Source of the DNA: the human T2T-CHM13v2.0 reference genome, Homo sapiens
DNA: 64,000 bases
Direction: 5' to 3' (one strand)
NCBI RefSeq assembly: GCF_009914755.1
Contig: NC_060927.1
Position numbers and translations under genes: made by a program. Below are positions 26,472-41,559 of this stretch, piece by piece. The notes below the pieces were generated by a model, which saw only the letters and a list, made by a program, of their open reading frames with translations, did not search any database and was not told the origin of the DNA. Numbering within the stretch: position 1 is the stretch's first letter; the number at the start of each line of letters is the position of its first letter.

Positions 26472-26590
26472 TTACTGAGTTATAATTGACACATAAAAGT
26501 TATATATATTTAAGGTATACGATATGATGATTTGATATAGGTAAACATTGTGTAATCATTATCACAATCAAATTAATTAATACAACCATA
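26472..26590 (-). mobile_element. L1MA-like 3'-end fragment
   Basis: ataattgaca...tatatatttaaggtatac...atgatgatttgatata...caaattaattaata. Confidence 0.7.
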
Positions 26591-27574
26591 ACTAGAAGTA
26601 TTTTTTGTAAGAAAAATGATAACACTGGACAGATTTTTCATGTAGCCATTTTCTTTTGGAAACATAAAATACCACAAAACCATACATAGCTCATTTGAAA
26701 AAGATTCTTAAGCTTTCAACAGAAGGAATAGGGGAGTTTAAAGCTATATTTTCCTTTTAGCAAGATCCACAAGAAAGGATAGAGTGTCATGCTTAAAGGG
26801 GAACAGATTTTGTATTTTTTGGCAAGATATTAAATCCTCTGTTGCTATATTTGGCTCTCTGCAAATAGTCTCTTGTACAAGTGCAAAGCAAAGATCAATG
26901 CTGATGTTCTTCATTCAGTCACAGCCAAACTTGGTATGGAAAGTAAAACAGTTGTGCTTGAGTGTTGTTTCGAACAAAGTCTTGCAGCTCATTTATTGAT
27001 CAGCAGCATTCCAGAGTATGGATACCTTCTTTACACATTAAATCTATCAAAACATGTTTGCTTTTCCATAACAGTTTTCCACTGCTTAACTGATAGCAGA
27101 TGGAGTGATTCAATCTGGACAAAAGTGTTAAAGCTTTACCACGTCAATGTGGTCATATTTAGCTATTTAGTCAAATGTGTATAAGCAGGTCAAATAAGAT
27201 GCTTGGAGACTTAGGACATCGCAAGATGGGTCTAAGTTCCCAAAAAAGGAAGCAAAACAATTAAATCCTACTTGGTTGTCCCCAGAGAAAACACACTTCA
27301 GCTAGGAAGAATCTGCACTAGATGACCTGTTCTCCACCCCCTAGACTGCTCATCTTACATAAGTAACACATAACCCTTTGGATTCTGAAGCACTATAATA
27401 ACTACATGAAACATTTGAAATAGTGACAGGAATTTTCTTTACATGCAATTATTTAATGAATGAAGATAAACCCCCACACAAATGCCAACGCAAACATTAT
27501 GACTTGCTACTCCCAGTGAAATAGTCCTTCTCGATTACAAGAGTGATAGAAAATGATGGAAGTCCAATACTAAT

Positions 27575-28350
<776 letters not shown>

Positions 28351-28982
28351 AAAAATCTCATTTTGACACCACATTCTAAATATGGTAGACAGTTAAAAAG
28401 CCTGCGCCAAATTATTTCATCTGTAATGCTGGAAAGTCTATTATTTAAATGCTGATTTTCAGACTTTAGTACTTTCACATTAAAGATACGTGTAATAAGA
28501 AAATTGAAGGCCCACTTAGAGAAACTCTAGCTTTCTTCAGAATACAAGGTCTTGGAATTCTCTTTTCAATGTTAATGAATCGTAGAAAAGTTTTTGTTTG
28601 TTTTTTCATACTACTTATGGCAGAGTCCCTGTCAACAAATGTAAAAACAATAAAATACACCTTGGTCAACCAATATCCTTAGAAGCATTGTATTATAAAA
28701 TTCTCAAGACTCTTGCTGTTATGTAATTAATATACCCCATTTCATTTTCTTTTCCATTATAAACATGTATTTTATAATCTATTCCTTGCTGTAACATATA
28801 GACTTCTTGGCCCTAGAAATTAACTTCTTAATTAATAACACCTAAGATGTTGTAATTTCCAAAATATTTATAAGATGCTTAATTGAATAAGGAGGAAACA
28901 AAAAGAGCTTTAAATTCTCAAGAAATGCAGACCAAATCCAAATGCTATGTTAAAATACAAACATTCAATTCACATTAAATTA

Positions 28983-28988
28983 TTTATT
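28983..28988 (-). terminator. Candidate alternative polyadenylation signal AATAAA (cluster with 29017-29022, 29186-29191, 29224-29229)
   Basis: tttatt hexamers on +. U-rich tract (tgtttgtatttt) downstream on the minus strand. Confidence 0.5.
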
Positions 28989-31328
28989 GAACAAATTGAA
29001 GATAATGACATATGTTTTTATTACAAAGTCTTCCATCATCTTATATCATTGACACATATTATGAGACCTGCATTTGAAGAGTGAATAGAAATAAGAAAAT
29101 GTTTTCCCAACCCCACAAAAACAGAAAAAAATATATAATTTTATAATTATCTTATAAAGCCAAAAGTTTTATGAATTATACTTTTTTTATTAGTTAAAAA
29201 TGACAGCATAACTAAGGTTAATTTTTATTTCTGGAAACACAAAATTAAGGTAGCACAACTTCTTGTAGAACTAACAAGTCTGAAAGTTCATGGTATTTCA
29301 ATGCAGTAAAATAATATTTCTATTGTTAGTTTTCAGTTTACCTAATCAAGTGACAAATATAAAATTCACTACACTGTATTTTTGTTGACAAAAGCATTTC
29401 ACCTTACCTAGATTTATATAATAAAAACAAATTGTATCCATCTTCCCTTTAAATATATGTACTTCAAAGTGATACAAAGAATTCACATGAAAACCTTTCC
29501 CTATGTTTTATCTCCTGAAAAAAAAAATGTATGGAATAGTATTTTTAAATCAGATATAATATCCAATATTATACATATCCTAAGAAATTAAATCAATTGT
29601 GTAAATAATCATTATTAACTTTTGCTCTAGCCACGGCATAGAAAGAAATGTACATCTCTATTAATATAAAGTGATATCAATAGGAAAGTTCACATCTTAT
29701 GCATATACCAAAAAAACTAATTAAAGTATGTTGCATTTTAAAAGAATTATTCTTATGCCAAATTTAGTAGTCTAGAAATTGTTTTTTTTTTTAAAAAAAC
29801 AAATTGATGATTACTTATCCTTTTCTAAAAGGTGTCTGTTTGCTTATACAATGGAATTGGTAAAAGTACACTTATTTATAATAGAATTTCTTGGAACTTA
29901 AAAAGGAGATTCAGAAAAACTTATTGGATCAAATTAAATTGACTAGAACTTCAAGAGAATACTACTTTGACCAATACTTTAAAACTATAAAAGTATTTTT
30001 AAACAAAAAAGCACAATAGACAATAAAAGAAATAGAAAAGTTGAGATACTTTAACAATAATGACGATTTCTGTAGGTTGTAAAAGTGTACATGGTGCAAT
30101 TCCCAGAGAGCACTACAAGATTCAAAAGAAAAAAAAAACCTGCTAAAAAATTCTAAATGTCTGTGCTGTGACCAATCTCCATGACCAAGTTACCATGAAA
30201 AGTAACATTTTGAAGTTATTGAGACTGAGGTTTCCTTATGGACTCCACCCATGCCCCCACTTGCCAGAGCCATTCACTTTTTTATAGGTTATATGTTTGT
30301 TTTCAACATTCGTTTTTGAATGGATGTTGAAAGTTAGGCTAAAATTTTTACCTAATTTTTCTATAATGATTTTAATAACAGTTTCAATGCTTTAATAATA
30401 GATTTAAAGGGCACTTTGGCCTTTAAATATTTTCAGAGAATAAACTGTAATTTCTCTCTCAAACAAGCCTTTCTTATTCTGAAAGATGTCTTTTATCTTA
30501 CAGGAAAGAAAAAAAATGAGTTTCTAGGAGCCTCTCCATTAAACTGGCAGGCTGATTTCATTTCTGATCCCATACAGTTTCTGCTGTCTTTCCCTTGGCT
30601 GCAAAGGTGATCAATCAGGAATCCAAACTGCCATCAATACCCCTTTGTAACTGCAATGGCTCAAGTGAACTCCTTCCGTCTTCAATAACTGACACAGTGT
30701 CAACATCTGCTTCCAATAAGATTGTTTCTTTTTTTCCTTGAGTAGAGTAAATCTGCTGACTGAGATCGTAAATGGTTGTGTTTTTCCCCCTTTTAATGCG
30801 GAAGATTTTTTCCACCATATTTTCCAACTTTCCTTCAAGTCAAGTAAAAATAAAAAAAAATTGGATAACTTCAAAAGAAATGTTCTTATCCTAGGTGCCA
30901 AGGAAGTTTGATATATAACTAAAAATATAAACTATGGTGAATGAATGACACTGTCCTCATAATTTTGGACACAGTAATTTAAATAAAATTTTGGAACATG
31001 TAGGAAAACTGAATTGGACCTACATGCCACTTTAAGGTTAATTTATTTTTCCTTCAGAAATGACATACTAAAAAGTCAGCTAATTAAGAAACGTACATTT
31101 ATCTCCTATACCAGGTAGAAGGAACAGTTAGTAGGAGAAAAAGATTCTCTTTGCAGTAATTTCTTACAGAAAAACAATCATGTATCTATTTGATTGCTGC
31201 AGAAACGGATATGGATGTGAAGAGAAGAGACCTTTGGGAGCTCAATTTAATGAACTACTTACTCAACTGATAGGCATCTGTAGTAGCTGTTATTTATTGA
31301 ACATCTAATATGAGCTACATGATTGATC

Positions 31329-31362
31329 GTGTGTGTGTGTGTCTGTGTGTGTGTGTGTGTGT
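31329..31362. repeat. (TG)n microsatellite within a MIR-like fragment in the 3' UTR
   Basis: Direct reading. Confidence 0.9.
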
Positions 31363-32577
31363 ATGTGATTTCCAACTTCCAGAGCCTGCCTGTTAGGTAT
31401 TATTCCATTTTACTCATGAGATAAATAAATGAAGCCCCAAACCACACATAAACTTTTGGCTAAACTAGAATTTAGAGAATGGCCTAACAGCCGAGTTCTT
31501 TTCCATTAATTCATTCTGCTTTCTATTTATCCCTCATTCAAAACTCTAACATATATACTTTCCTTTTTCCACCACTTAACGCCACTGCCCCCATCGGCTT
31601 AATTCAGCAAACACTATTTAAAGAAGGGACACTCAGTAAGGAATAGAATACAGGTTCTTGAAACAGTTTCTGATTTCCACTTTAAATTATAAATACAACA
31701 TTAAACCAGATAGCAAACTCAAAAGCTAGATAGGGTGACATATTCTGCAAATCTTAGAATAGGAATGGGCAAATACTTTTTGTATAATGAATAACAAGCT
31801 TCTCAAAGGCAACTTTCATGTCAGTGCTTAGAATTTGGGTTTTTTTTTTAAAGTCTTATAAAGTTAAAGAAATAAATCCCTCAATTATTTGCAATCCACT
31901 CCTCATTTTGCAAATTTTAGAGCAATCTTAGCCATTTTTGCTTAACAAAATAATATAAATACTCTTAAGAAGAAAGAAAAAGGAGAGCAAATAGAGGGGA
32001 AAGTTAAGAGAGGGTGCTTAACTTTCTTAAGAAGACACATTGATTTCTCAAAAGTTTAGAGGCTCTTTCAAATTAATAATGAGAGACAAAATAATCTGTT
32101 AGGTTCCTGATTTGTCAACATTATGTTGTTTCTTAGCTCCCGATGGTTTATTGGTGGAAGCATAGATTCTATTTAAAATAAACGAGACAATTTTCTAGGG
32201 TCTACTTCACAGATATTTAGAAAGCTTGAATAAAATCTGATTTGTAAAATCAGACAAAAGTCACCTTTGTCTAAAGGTGGAGTGGTTTTAATAAAATTGT
32301 GGAGGCAGATAGTAGCCCTCAATAAAACAGTTCGGAAGCCTCTAAGTCCAACAGCATCATTTTGATGTGAAAAAAGAAGAGCCAGAGAATGACAGGATTT
32401 TAAACTTGGAATGAATTCAGAATATTATGCTAAATTACAACCCATCCTCTTTTAGGACTTCTAACAGCAATATGGTCCTAGAAGACAATTATAGAGACAT
32501 GCTCATTCTCTTTCTATGTATATTTTTGATCCACTCCCTGGGTGGCAGTGTACCCCAAACACCTAGGTCCTGTTTTC

Positions 32578-32883
32578 TTTTTCCTTTTGAGACAGGATCT
32601 TGCTCTGTTGCCCAAGCTGGAGTACAGTGGTGCAATCACAGCTCACTGCAAGCTGCAAACTCAAACTCCCAGGCTCAAACGTTCCTCCGGACTCAGCCTC
32701 CAGAGTAGCTGGGACAACAGGTGTGCCCCACAATGCCCAGGTAATTTTTCAGAAATTTTTTGTAGGGATAGGGTCTCCCTATGTTGCCTAGGCTGATCTT
32801 GAACTCCTGGGCTCAAGCAATCCTCCCGAGCCTCTGCCTCCTATAATACTAGGATTACAGGCATGAGCTGCTGTGCCCAGCCT
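32578..32883 (-). mobile_element. AluJ
   Basis: Antisense Alu with ctcctgggctcaagcaatcctccc; TSD ggtcctgttttc. Confidence 0.93.
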
Positions 32884-34190
32884 GGGTCCTGTTTTCAAAG
32901 AGAGAGCTCACTTACAAATCTTTCCTGTGTACAGCAGAAACCAGGTTCCCAACATTTCTCAGTTCCTCGGAGCCAATAAACTTTTTGTCTGACAGTTACC
33001 GGGAGAACACAGAGCAAAGTCTAAATTCAGGGTGAAGACATCTAATTAATGCCCTTCAATTAAATTTGGTGGAAAATAAGAAATGGAGCTAGGAATAACT
33101 ACTTTCCTTTTCCTCTTCATTGGGAAAATCCAACTGAATGATCTGAATGAGTTTAACACTACTTTCAAATAAATTACAAAGGAAGTTAATGTATTCCGAA
33201 GGTGGATGTGGATGAGGCAAATAACCCTGTCAGTCATCACACAGGGACTGTTGAATACTTGCCTTTGAAAACTCAGAAGGACACAAGGCAAATCCAGATT
33301 TATAAATTCACTAAATTTTGTGCTCCATGTATTTGGGCAAATTATAAATGAAACAATCATATCAAATCAAATTATGGACCAAAGTATAGAAAATTTAACC
33401 TGGCTACTCCCAGGAAATATAAGTTCATATTATTAGTGAGTGGAAGGTATCTTAAATTTGGACCCCACAATGGTAAAAATGTGCATATTGTGTAAAAGAG
33501 AGTCTAGGTAAGAAACAGCAAAGTGCGGAGTGATGAGAGTACAAAAGAGTATATAGATCTGAAGCTCAAAAGACGGATAGGATATAAATGAATACATAAA
33601 TTACAGCCAAGGAAAATATTTGAAAATTATCTATGAGAACTCTGCCTAGCTGAACATGTCATGTTCATGTCTAAAAAGTTCGCATATATGATACGAACAA
33701 TTAAAGATAGAAAGTGGCATTTCACTGAACATACTATTTTATGTGGGTGGAGAGAAAAATGGGAGAAATTTGAAAAAACCTCTTTATAAAGCTAAAAAAC
33801 TTCTCTAATACACTAACTTTTTTACATGACATCTCTGGAAGCAGTTAATGGAAGAAATGAACTTTGCCTTTGAAGTCCAGCAGTATCAATAACTGTTACT
33901 TTCATAATCTTAATCTTCTCCTAGCAGTGTCTTAATGATAATTTAAACTTTATTTAGATCCTGAGAGCTATATCAAGTTAAATCCTCAAATTTTTAATTT
34001 TTAGCCCAATTTAAATTGTATATAACCTCTGGTTTTATTTTTAAATTGTGGCATAAATTTAAATCCTAATATACACTTTATTTTGCCCTAAATTTCTTTC
34101 TAAAAAGGAATTAAATCAAGTAAAGCCAGATTTAAACAAACAAAAAAAGAGACTTGTTAAGTTCTGTGTTGAAACTATTATATATAGAAC

Positions 34191-34219
34191 TGTTTGTTTG
34201 TTTGTTTGTTTGTTTGTTT
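34191..34219. repeat. (TTTG)n
   Basis: Direct reading. Confidence 0.9.
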
Positions 34220-35355
34220 AGCTTACAGGGATAGGTGGCATTATAAGAAAGAGCTCGGGCTTTGTAATTTCTCTAGTACCTTCCCAGATATTGTTCCTTC
34301 AAATGCCCTTCAGGAAAAACAAATCCCACTTAAAATATGACTTTTTAAATTGCCATGAATGAATAATTAAAAACAAGTAAAATAAGTCACTGGCACTCAT
34401 AGGTGGCATGGTTAAATGCATTTTTTTCCTTGTAGTTGTATATAACCTCTGGTTCCATTTATCAAATTTGGATGGGCTAGAAAGAGAATTAGTCTCCTCT
34501 AGGCAAACTCTTCATTTGATTGAAAGTTTATGCCAACTTTCTTATTAGTCAACCTCCAAGTTATTCTTTGGGAGAAATCAAAGCAATAAAATATCATTTC
34601 TTTAGCACAGTCATTAAAAAAAAACTTTTCAAGCTATACATATAATTCAAAACTAATTGAGCTAGCATGGAATTAAATCTTTACTGAGATTCAATGTAAA
34701 AACAATACTGCATTGGTTTGACTACGGTATAGCTACTTTTGTAAGAAGGAAAAAAACAAAACATTTGAGGTAACCTAGAAAGCACAGACAGAGCATATAA
34801 TAGACATCTTAGAGATAAGCATTTTAAACATTTTTGCCAGTGCTTCTCTGAGAGCAAGTTCTTTAAACAGAACTCAACAATTTTTACAATTTTAAAAAAA
34901 ATACATCCCTCAAAAATAGCCCATCAATGCTAAACCAAACTTTTTGTATTTCTACAAAAATAGATGCACATAGAGCTACAAACTTGTATTCCTGAAAGAA
35001 TGAACATTTTAATGTGTGGTTCATCCTTTCCTGACAAGGTGGTTGGCTAAAAAAAAAAATCAAAATGAAACAAAAACTTAGCTATATATTGATAAAAGCA
35101 AGATAACAAAAGGAGAGAGTTGCACAGTTGGCAAAGGCTCAGATGAGGAAATAAACAAATAAAAATGCTTTTCTTCAATGTCTGGGACCCACTTTGCTTT
35201 CTCAAGAAAGGCCGAAAACCAGTCAACTGCGTGACACTTTGTCTTCTCCTTCTATGCCTTTCGTGTCCTATTGCTGAATGGAAAAACCCGACAGTATCTT
35301 TTCCCAGTGGGCCCTTGGATTTATGCTGCAACTTAACTCACTAAGATTGTGTGTT

Positions 35356-35399
35356 TCAGTACCACGGTGATTCCTTACTCTTGTCTTGATGCTGTAGAC
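35356..35399 (-). CDS. VGLL3: VGLL3 terminal exon, coding part: (G)LQHQDKSKESPWY*
   Basis: Acceptor ttttttccccattgtcatttgttccAG (AG at 35400-35401), then GT CTA CAG CAT CAA GAC AAG AGT AAG GAA TCA CCG TGG TAC TGA. Phase matches the upstream exon and the peptide matches the VGLL3 C-terminus. Confidence 0.95.
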
Positions 35400-36284
35400 C
35401 TGGAACAAATGACAATGGGGAAAAAATAAAGAACATTAATACATATGGTACCAAAAATAAGCATAATCTGCAATACATTGGATATAGAAACCAAAATGAT
35501 AATCCAGGCAACTGTGAGTTCTGACCTGAAGACATCATGATCTCTAAGCAAATTCTGTGCTGGAGCTCACAATTTTCAAAAAATCAACTAACACAGTATG
35601 TGACAAAAACACAAGACTAGGACAGTGCTATTTATACAATACAAATTATTTGCTATATTTTTTATTTGCTTGGAGTATGAGTGAATAGTAAATAGCAAAA
35701 ACGAAACATTTGTAATTTCAAAAGGAGATGATATTGGGAGAAAAAAGACATAAATAATCTTTGGAGCATTTATGCAGTGCTTCAATTAATACTTTCAGTA
35801 ACAATCAAAATTATTCTTTTAGACTAATGTGATAAATAAATTCTGTTGTTATTTTGAAATGTACTCCACAATGGGATTACTATAAACTATGTGAGCAATT
35901 AGATGGCTAAAAACTGAGTCTACTATAGTCAGTAAAATAAACACAGTTGGTTCATAACTAACAGTCCAGACCTATATTCTATTTATTAATTTACTTATTT
36001 TATCTTATCTTCCTCCAAAAAGTATTTAAAGTGGATTTAAAAAATCATAACAGCAAAAATTAAAATTTAGAAGTTAATAATAGTGACAAAAGGAAGGTAT
36101 ACATTGATTAATAGGACATAGATTAATTCAAACTCAAAGCTAAAATCAGTAAGAAGTTTATCAAACAGAAAACGGGAAATGTGACTTTTATCTGTGTCTA
36201 ATACAGTTAATTGAATAATTTCTGATATGGGCAATTCACATAGCACCTTCAATTTGCACGTACTCGAAGTTACTTTTATTTTGT

Positions 36285-36430
36285 TTTTTTTTTCTTTCCA
36301 GCTTCATTGAAATATAATCGAAAATTAAAATTGTATATATTTAAGGTGTATAACGAGATACTTTGATGAACTTATATATTGTGAAATGATTACCTAAATA
36401 AAGTTAGTTAATACATCTGTCACCTGTTTT
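36285..36430 (-). mobile_element. L1MA/MB-like 3'-end fragment
   Basis: cagcttcattgaaatataat...ttgtatatatttaaggtgtataac...ttgtgaaatgattacc. Confidence 0.7.
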
Positions 36431-36850
36431 AGTTCTCTTTGTTTTTGTACCTGAAGTATAATTGTTTGGAAGAGTAAAAACACAGAATAATAGGTGCTTC
36501 TATGTTGTTTAAAACTAAATAACAAAACATGAAGCAAAACTCTTTAAACATGTGTGTAGAAATGCAGCAAAGTTGCTGTTGTGTGGGTGCAAGGATCTCA
36601 AGTTGTCTGCTTGACCTTTGATCTGAAACTGTTGTAAACCCAGGATGGATGTCAGAAATTTAATAGCTAAATGAGCCAATTTGGTTCAAAGTTTTTCTAT
36701 TATTAAACAACATTTCTTATCCCTCAACTAGTCACAGAATTTTGTAAAATATGGATTTCATTACAAAATAGGACACAATTAGTGTTTGGAGACATTAAGG
36801 CAATCTACAAAACGGACTACACAAAGGGCAAAAGAACAAATAGAAGGAGA

Positions 36851-36937
36851 TATACATATGTAACTAACCTGCACATTGTGCACATGTACCCTAAAACTTT
36901 AAGTATAATAATAATAAATTAATTAATTTTAAAAAAG
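36851..36937 (+). mobile_element. Severely 5'-truncated L1PA (3' terminus only)
   Basis: tatacatatgtaactaacctgcacattgtgcacatgtaccctaaaactttaagtataataataa closely matches the young L1 3' end. Confidence 0.9.
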
Positions 36938-37876
36938 CAGCATCTCATAAAATTACAAGTCGCAATCTCTGTACTGTGTAGCATTTGTGTACTGGGAACA
37001 AACAACACTTCCTGAATGCCAAAAGATTGGCTCCACCTTTTTCTTTTTACCACAAGCATACTGGTTTTATGCTTGATAAAGAAGCAATAGTTTTCCTTTC
37101 CCATTTCGAAAGAAGAGGAGGAGAAGGATAAAAGAGGACAATGAGAGGGAGAAAAAAAATAAAAGGATCTGGGGTATGTCAATCCACTCTAAGTTTGCTT
37201 TATTCATTTTCAAATGGTTTTCTGGTTAGAATAATTTGCAACCTGACATAGTCTCTGTTGGGTAACTCTTGTAATCTAAACCACCTTTACTGACAATCTG
37301 CTGACTATATAAATATTTTTTTAATTATTAAAACATCTCATCCTCTGTATGACTCAGGATTTCCACACTTGAAGACTGCATCAATCTACAGAATGTCAGC
37401 ACTGCAAGTCATGAATACTGTTGTAATCATCAAGTGGTTTGCCTGTCTTATTCTTGCTTTTAAACAAAGGCAATTTCTTATTTGCTTTGCAAAGACATAT
37501 GACTATTTCAAAATCACGTGAGACTTTTGCTGCAGACAAGTATTTCATTACTTAAGATCGCCCCAGATTTTCCAATCAGAATAACAGAAGTCATTCTCTC
37601 GTTATAAATTCATATATTCAATTTCTTGTTTCCATGTCTCTGCATTTCTACAATGCGAATCTTAAAAAGTCAATTCCTCTGTGGCCTAAAATGTATCAGA
37701 TATCTAATGGACCCTTGTGGTTAAACTTCTTCTTGGTGATGGAACATAAAAAATTTTGCTTTAATTACCAGGCATTCATATTTGTAAATCTCAAAATAGG
37801 CATATGTAAAGCACAAGAAAATGAGCAACTACAAACAAAAAACCCTACAAATAAGTTGCAAAAGAAAAGCAGGGCT

Positions 37877-38205
<329 letters not shown>

Positions 38206-38599
38206 CTACAATTTTTTCTTATTAAGACAACTGGTAATGGTAGATTGGAAAAATTAAGAGTCAACAAGTACATTTAGTTTTTCCCAGTGAGGGTGGAGGG
38301 GGGCAAAATTGTTAACCCATGAATCTTATGTGGTCTACATTTATTTGGGATTTCCCAAGACTTTTCTTGCCAGAACAAAATCCACTCTGCTACAGGTTCT
38401 GCTCCTATTCATACTTTTCTGCTTCCTCACTTACCCAAATCAAACCTACTTGAAATTAATTCATAACATATCCTGAGATTTCCCCACTGGCTGTCTGAAA
38501 TCACATCTGCTTGCCTTCTTTATAGTAGCCATTTTCTTTTAGTTCTGTTGTTCAGACTGTGAGATTTTTCAGTAGAAAGGAAAAAAAATCATAAAAATG

Positions 38600-38815
38600 A
38601 AGTGACCTAACATTTTCTTAGGGCCTTAATGATTATATTAAGCACAGTGCTAAGTGCTTTATATGAAACATCATACTTCATGCTCCTAATCATGCTAAAA
38701 TAATACTTATTTTACAAATGAAAAAATTTAAGTTAAGAGAATTTACGCAATCATTGAGAGAACTAGGATTTTAAAAGAGGTGGTCTGATGTCAGAGTCAA
38801 TGGTCTTAACCACAA
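38600..38815 (-). mobile_element. MIR
   Basis: gcacagtgctaagtgctttat...attttacaaatgaaaaaa...tcttaaccac. Confidence 0.7.
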
Positions 38816-39558
38816 TATACGTGTTCACATTATATGAGTTATACTGGCTGTAGCCTAAGTCAAAATTATCACAAAATCAATTCAAGGAAAACTTAACAGA
38901 TTATTATACTCCTTTTTGCACTGCTTAGAAACACCCTGATTTAACAGAACTGATATGAAGATTAACAAAACAGCCCTCAGGGATTTTTTAAAAATTCTCC
39001 ATTTGTCACATTTTTCCCAAGATGACATAAATGATGGCATAGTAGTAGGTTACACTTTTGATGAAGACCACTTCAGTGGTATGATAGGATGTGTCATATT
39101 TAACTGATGTGTCTCTCTATATGTATCTTTAAATTAACCACCACACCCCCTGCCGGACTTCTCCAGTGTGAACTTTAAAAACATAGGGTGGTCAATTGCC
39201 TCTTGAGGCGGTTGTCAGAAATGAACGAAGAAACAAAGATTTCAATTGTTTACTCCAGAGTTTGAGTTTGAAATTCAGTTAGGACAAAAGCCTGAAAGAA
39301 ACTGAGAGTCCTTAGACCCATTTCCTTACTTCAATGCCAACACCACTACTGCCTGACCACCAAAAGAAAAGGAAAAACAATATTCAGAGCCAGGATGAGA
39401 GTAAAGGAAATAAAAACATAAAAAAAAAGACACCCACCACAACAACAAAACAGAAAAACAACAGCAACAAAAAACCTTTGCATATGGGTAAGTGAGAAGT
39501 CTTGGTCAAGGAAGAGGATGAGAATATGATTTTCCTTAAAAACTTGAAGATTCTAAAC

Positions 39559-39876
39559 AGTCTTAGTTCGTTTGGGCTGCTATACCAAAATATCATAAAC
39601 TAGATAGCTTATCAATAACCAAATCTTATTTACCAGAGTTCTGAAGGCTGGGAAATCTAAGATCAAGTTTTCTGGTTCACAGAGAGTGCCTTCTACTGTG
39701 TGATCACCTGAGATCTCTCTCAGATCTCTTTTATAAGGGCATTGATTTACATTCATGAAAGCTCTGCCCTCATGACCTAATCACCTCCCAAAGGGCCAGC
39801 CTTCTAATACCAGTACCTGGGGGCTAAGATTTCAACATATGAATTTGGGAGAGATGTAGTGATTCAGATCATAGCA
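39559..39876 (-). mobile_element. MLT1A/MST-type MaLR LTR
   Basis: gtcttagttcgtttgggctgctata...ctcatgacctaatcacctcccaaagg...ttcaacatatgaatttggg...ttcagatcatagca. Confidence 0.88.
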
Positions 39877-41559
39877 CTGACTGTACATAAGAAGGCATTA
39901 TGACTCATTTTCTAACTGAGATTCAGGGAGGCAGCAGCTTCACAGATCTACCTCTTGTAAAATGCTATAGAAATAAGAAAATAGAAATGGCAACATGGTA
40001 GGTCTGAGCATGAACAGCCTAGAGACTCCCCCCTCTTTAGTTTACCTCAAACCCTGTTTTATCCCCCCCAAAAAATCTTAAAGCTCGCCTATGTTCCCCA
40101 TAATTGATATAGGAGACAGTTCAGTGAGAATTCTGGGGTCCTGTCAGTATTAGCTGTGATGTGGGTATCCCACAGCAGAAGAAATAGCATGGGCCACCCC
40201 AGATGAGCGTCTTGCAGGGATCACAAACACTGGGAACTGAATTCAAATAGGCCATGTTGAGTAGGCCATTATTAGAAAGAACATTAGAAAGAATATTGTA
40301 TAGAGAATGCCTGGAGAAACAGATTAGAGGAGGAGGGTATATTGGAAACAGCAGTCCAGGATAAGAATGAAAAGACAGAACCAAAAAGCAGACAACAACT
40401 TATCAACTGGACAGTTTTTAACTTGGACGTGAATAACTTTCTAGGAACAGAGGCAACCCCAAGGAAAAAAATGAGGAAAGAATCTGAGAAGACCTTTCAA
40501 CTCAAATGGGATTTTGTTTTAAACTGAGAATAACGGAGCTGCCAGTGGATTGAACTAAGAATAAACATAATTGATGAGGGTAAGTCTTCTACCATTAGAT
40601 AGAAATAATAAATAAACATTGGGTAACAAAAAACGTTACACTAATATACAGCTGAGTTTTAGGTACTGTTTGTTTGTCAGAGTCATAACCCACTAAATAA
40701 ACATGCTCTACTTCTGAGAAAGTATAGTCATTTAACAACACCACTGATCATGGCTCTTTTAAGTAAGTTGAATATGCTTTCAATTAATTTTATTGCGGGA
40801 GATAAAAGAGGTAACCATACAATGGGAAACATGCTGTTGATTAAAAAAAGAGAACATAAATAGGAACATAAAGCCTGAAAGTGTGTGTAGAAACTTTGAA
40901 GACCTAAAAGTAAAGATAGCATTTGTATGGGTAAGTGTAAACTTTTCATTTCATACATATTAAAAGTCAAGAAGCCATGTGGATTAGAATGCTTACTATT
41001 AGACTATAAGAACCTGGTAACATTTCTATATTTAAAAAATAGATCTCCCCTTTCATCCATCCTTTAATAAAGATAAGAAATACTTATTACAAAGTTAAAT
41101 ACATACAACACTGTGTCAGATGCTACATCAAAATATCCAAACTTCACCAGCAAATTGACAGCTAACACTGACACATTGACATATGATCACAAAAAGGTGC
41201 GAGAGACAGTCATACTATTTTCTATTACTTTATGAAATTATCACTGTTAATGATCATACAATTGCATTTGTTTGTCTGAGCCCTGAGGCAATCACTTTAA
41301 ATACTAGTGAAGAATTTCTAAATAAGATCTGTGTAGGGGTAGGACCTTAACACTTGCAAGAGAAAAATGTAAGAGAGAAGGCTACTCAATCTGAGAACTG
41401 TGATTTCATTTCAGGTGAATATCAAGATTAATATATAGGCGCTACATTTTAAAACATTTTTAAAACTCTTAAAACATCATGGAATTCTTGCTTAAAAATC
41501 AAGTTACATAGTGTTTAGAAAGTAAAAAGCCTACATAATATCACCTATCATCAGACAAT

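Noticed and set aside
34016-34024. TGTATATA Pumilio element within the 19-nt repeat
   Set aside because: It is on the + strand; the VGLL3 mRNA carries the reverse complement.
35400-35538. N-terminal part of the 60-aa ORF ending in the VGLL3 C-terminus
   Set aside because: Intronic polypyrimidine tract upstream of the acceptor AG.
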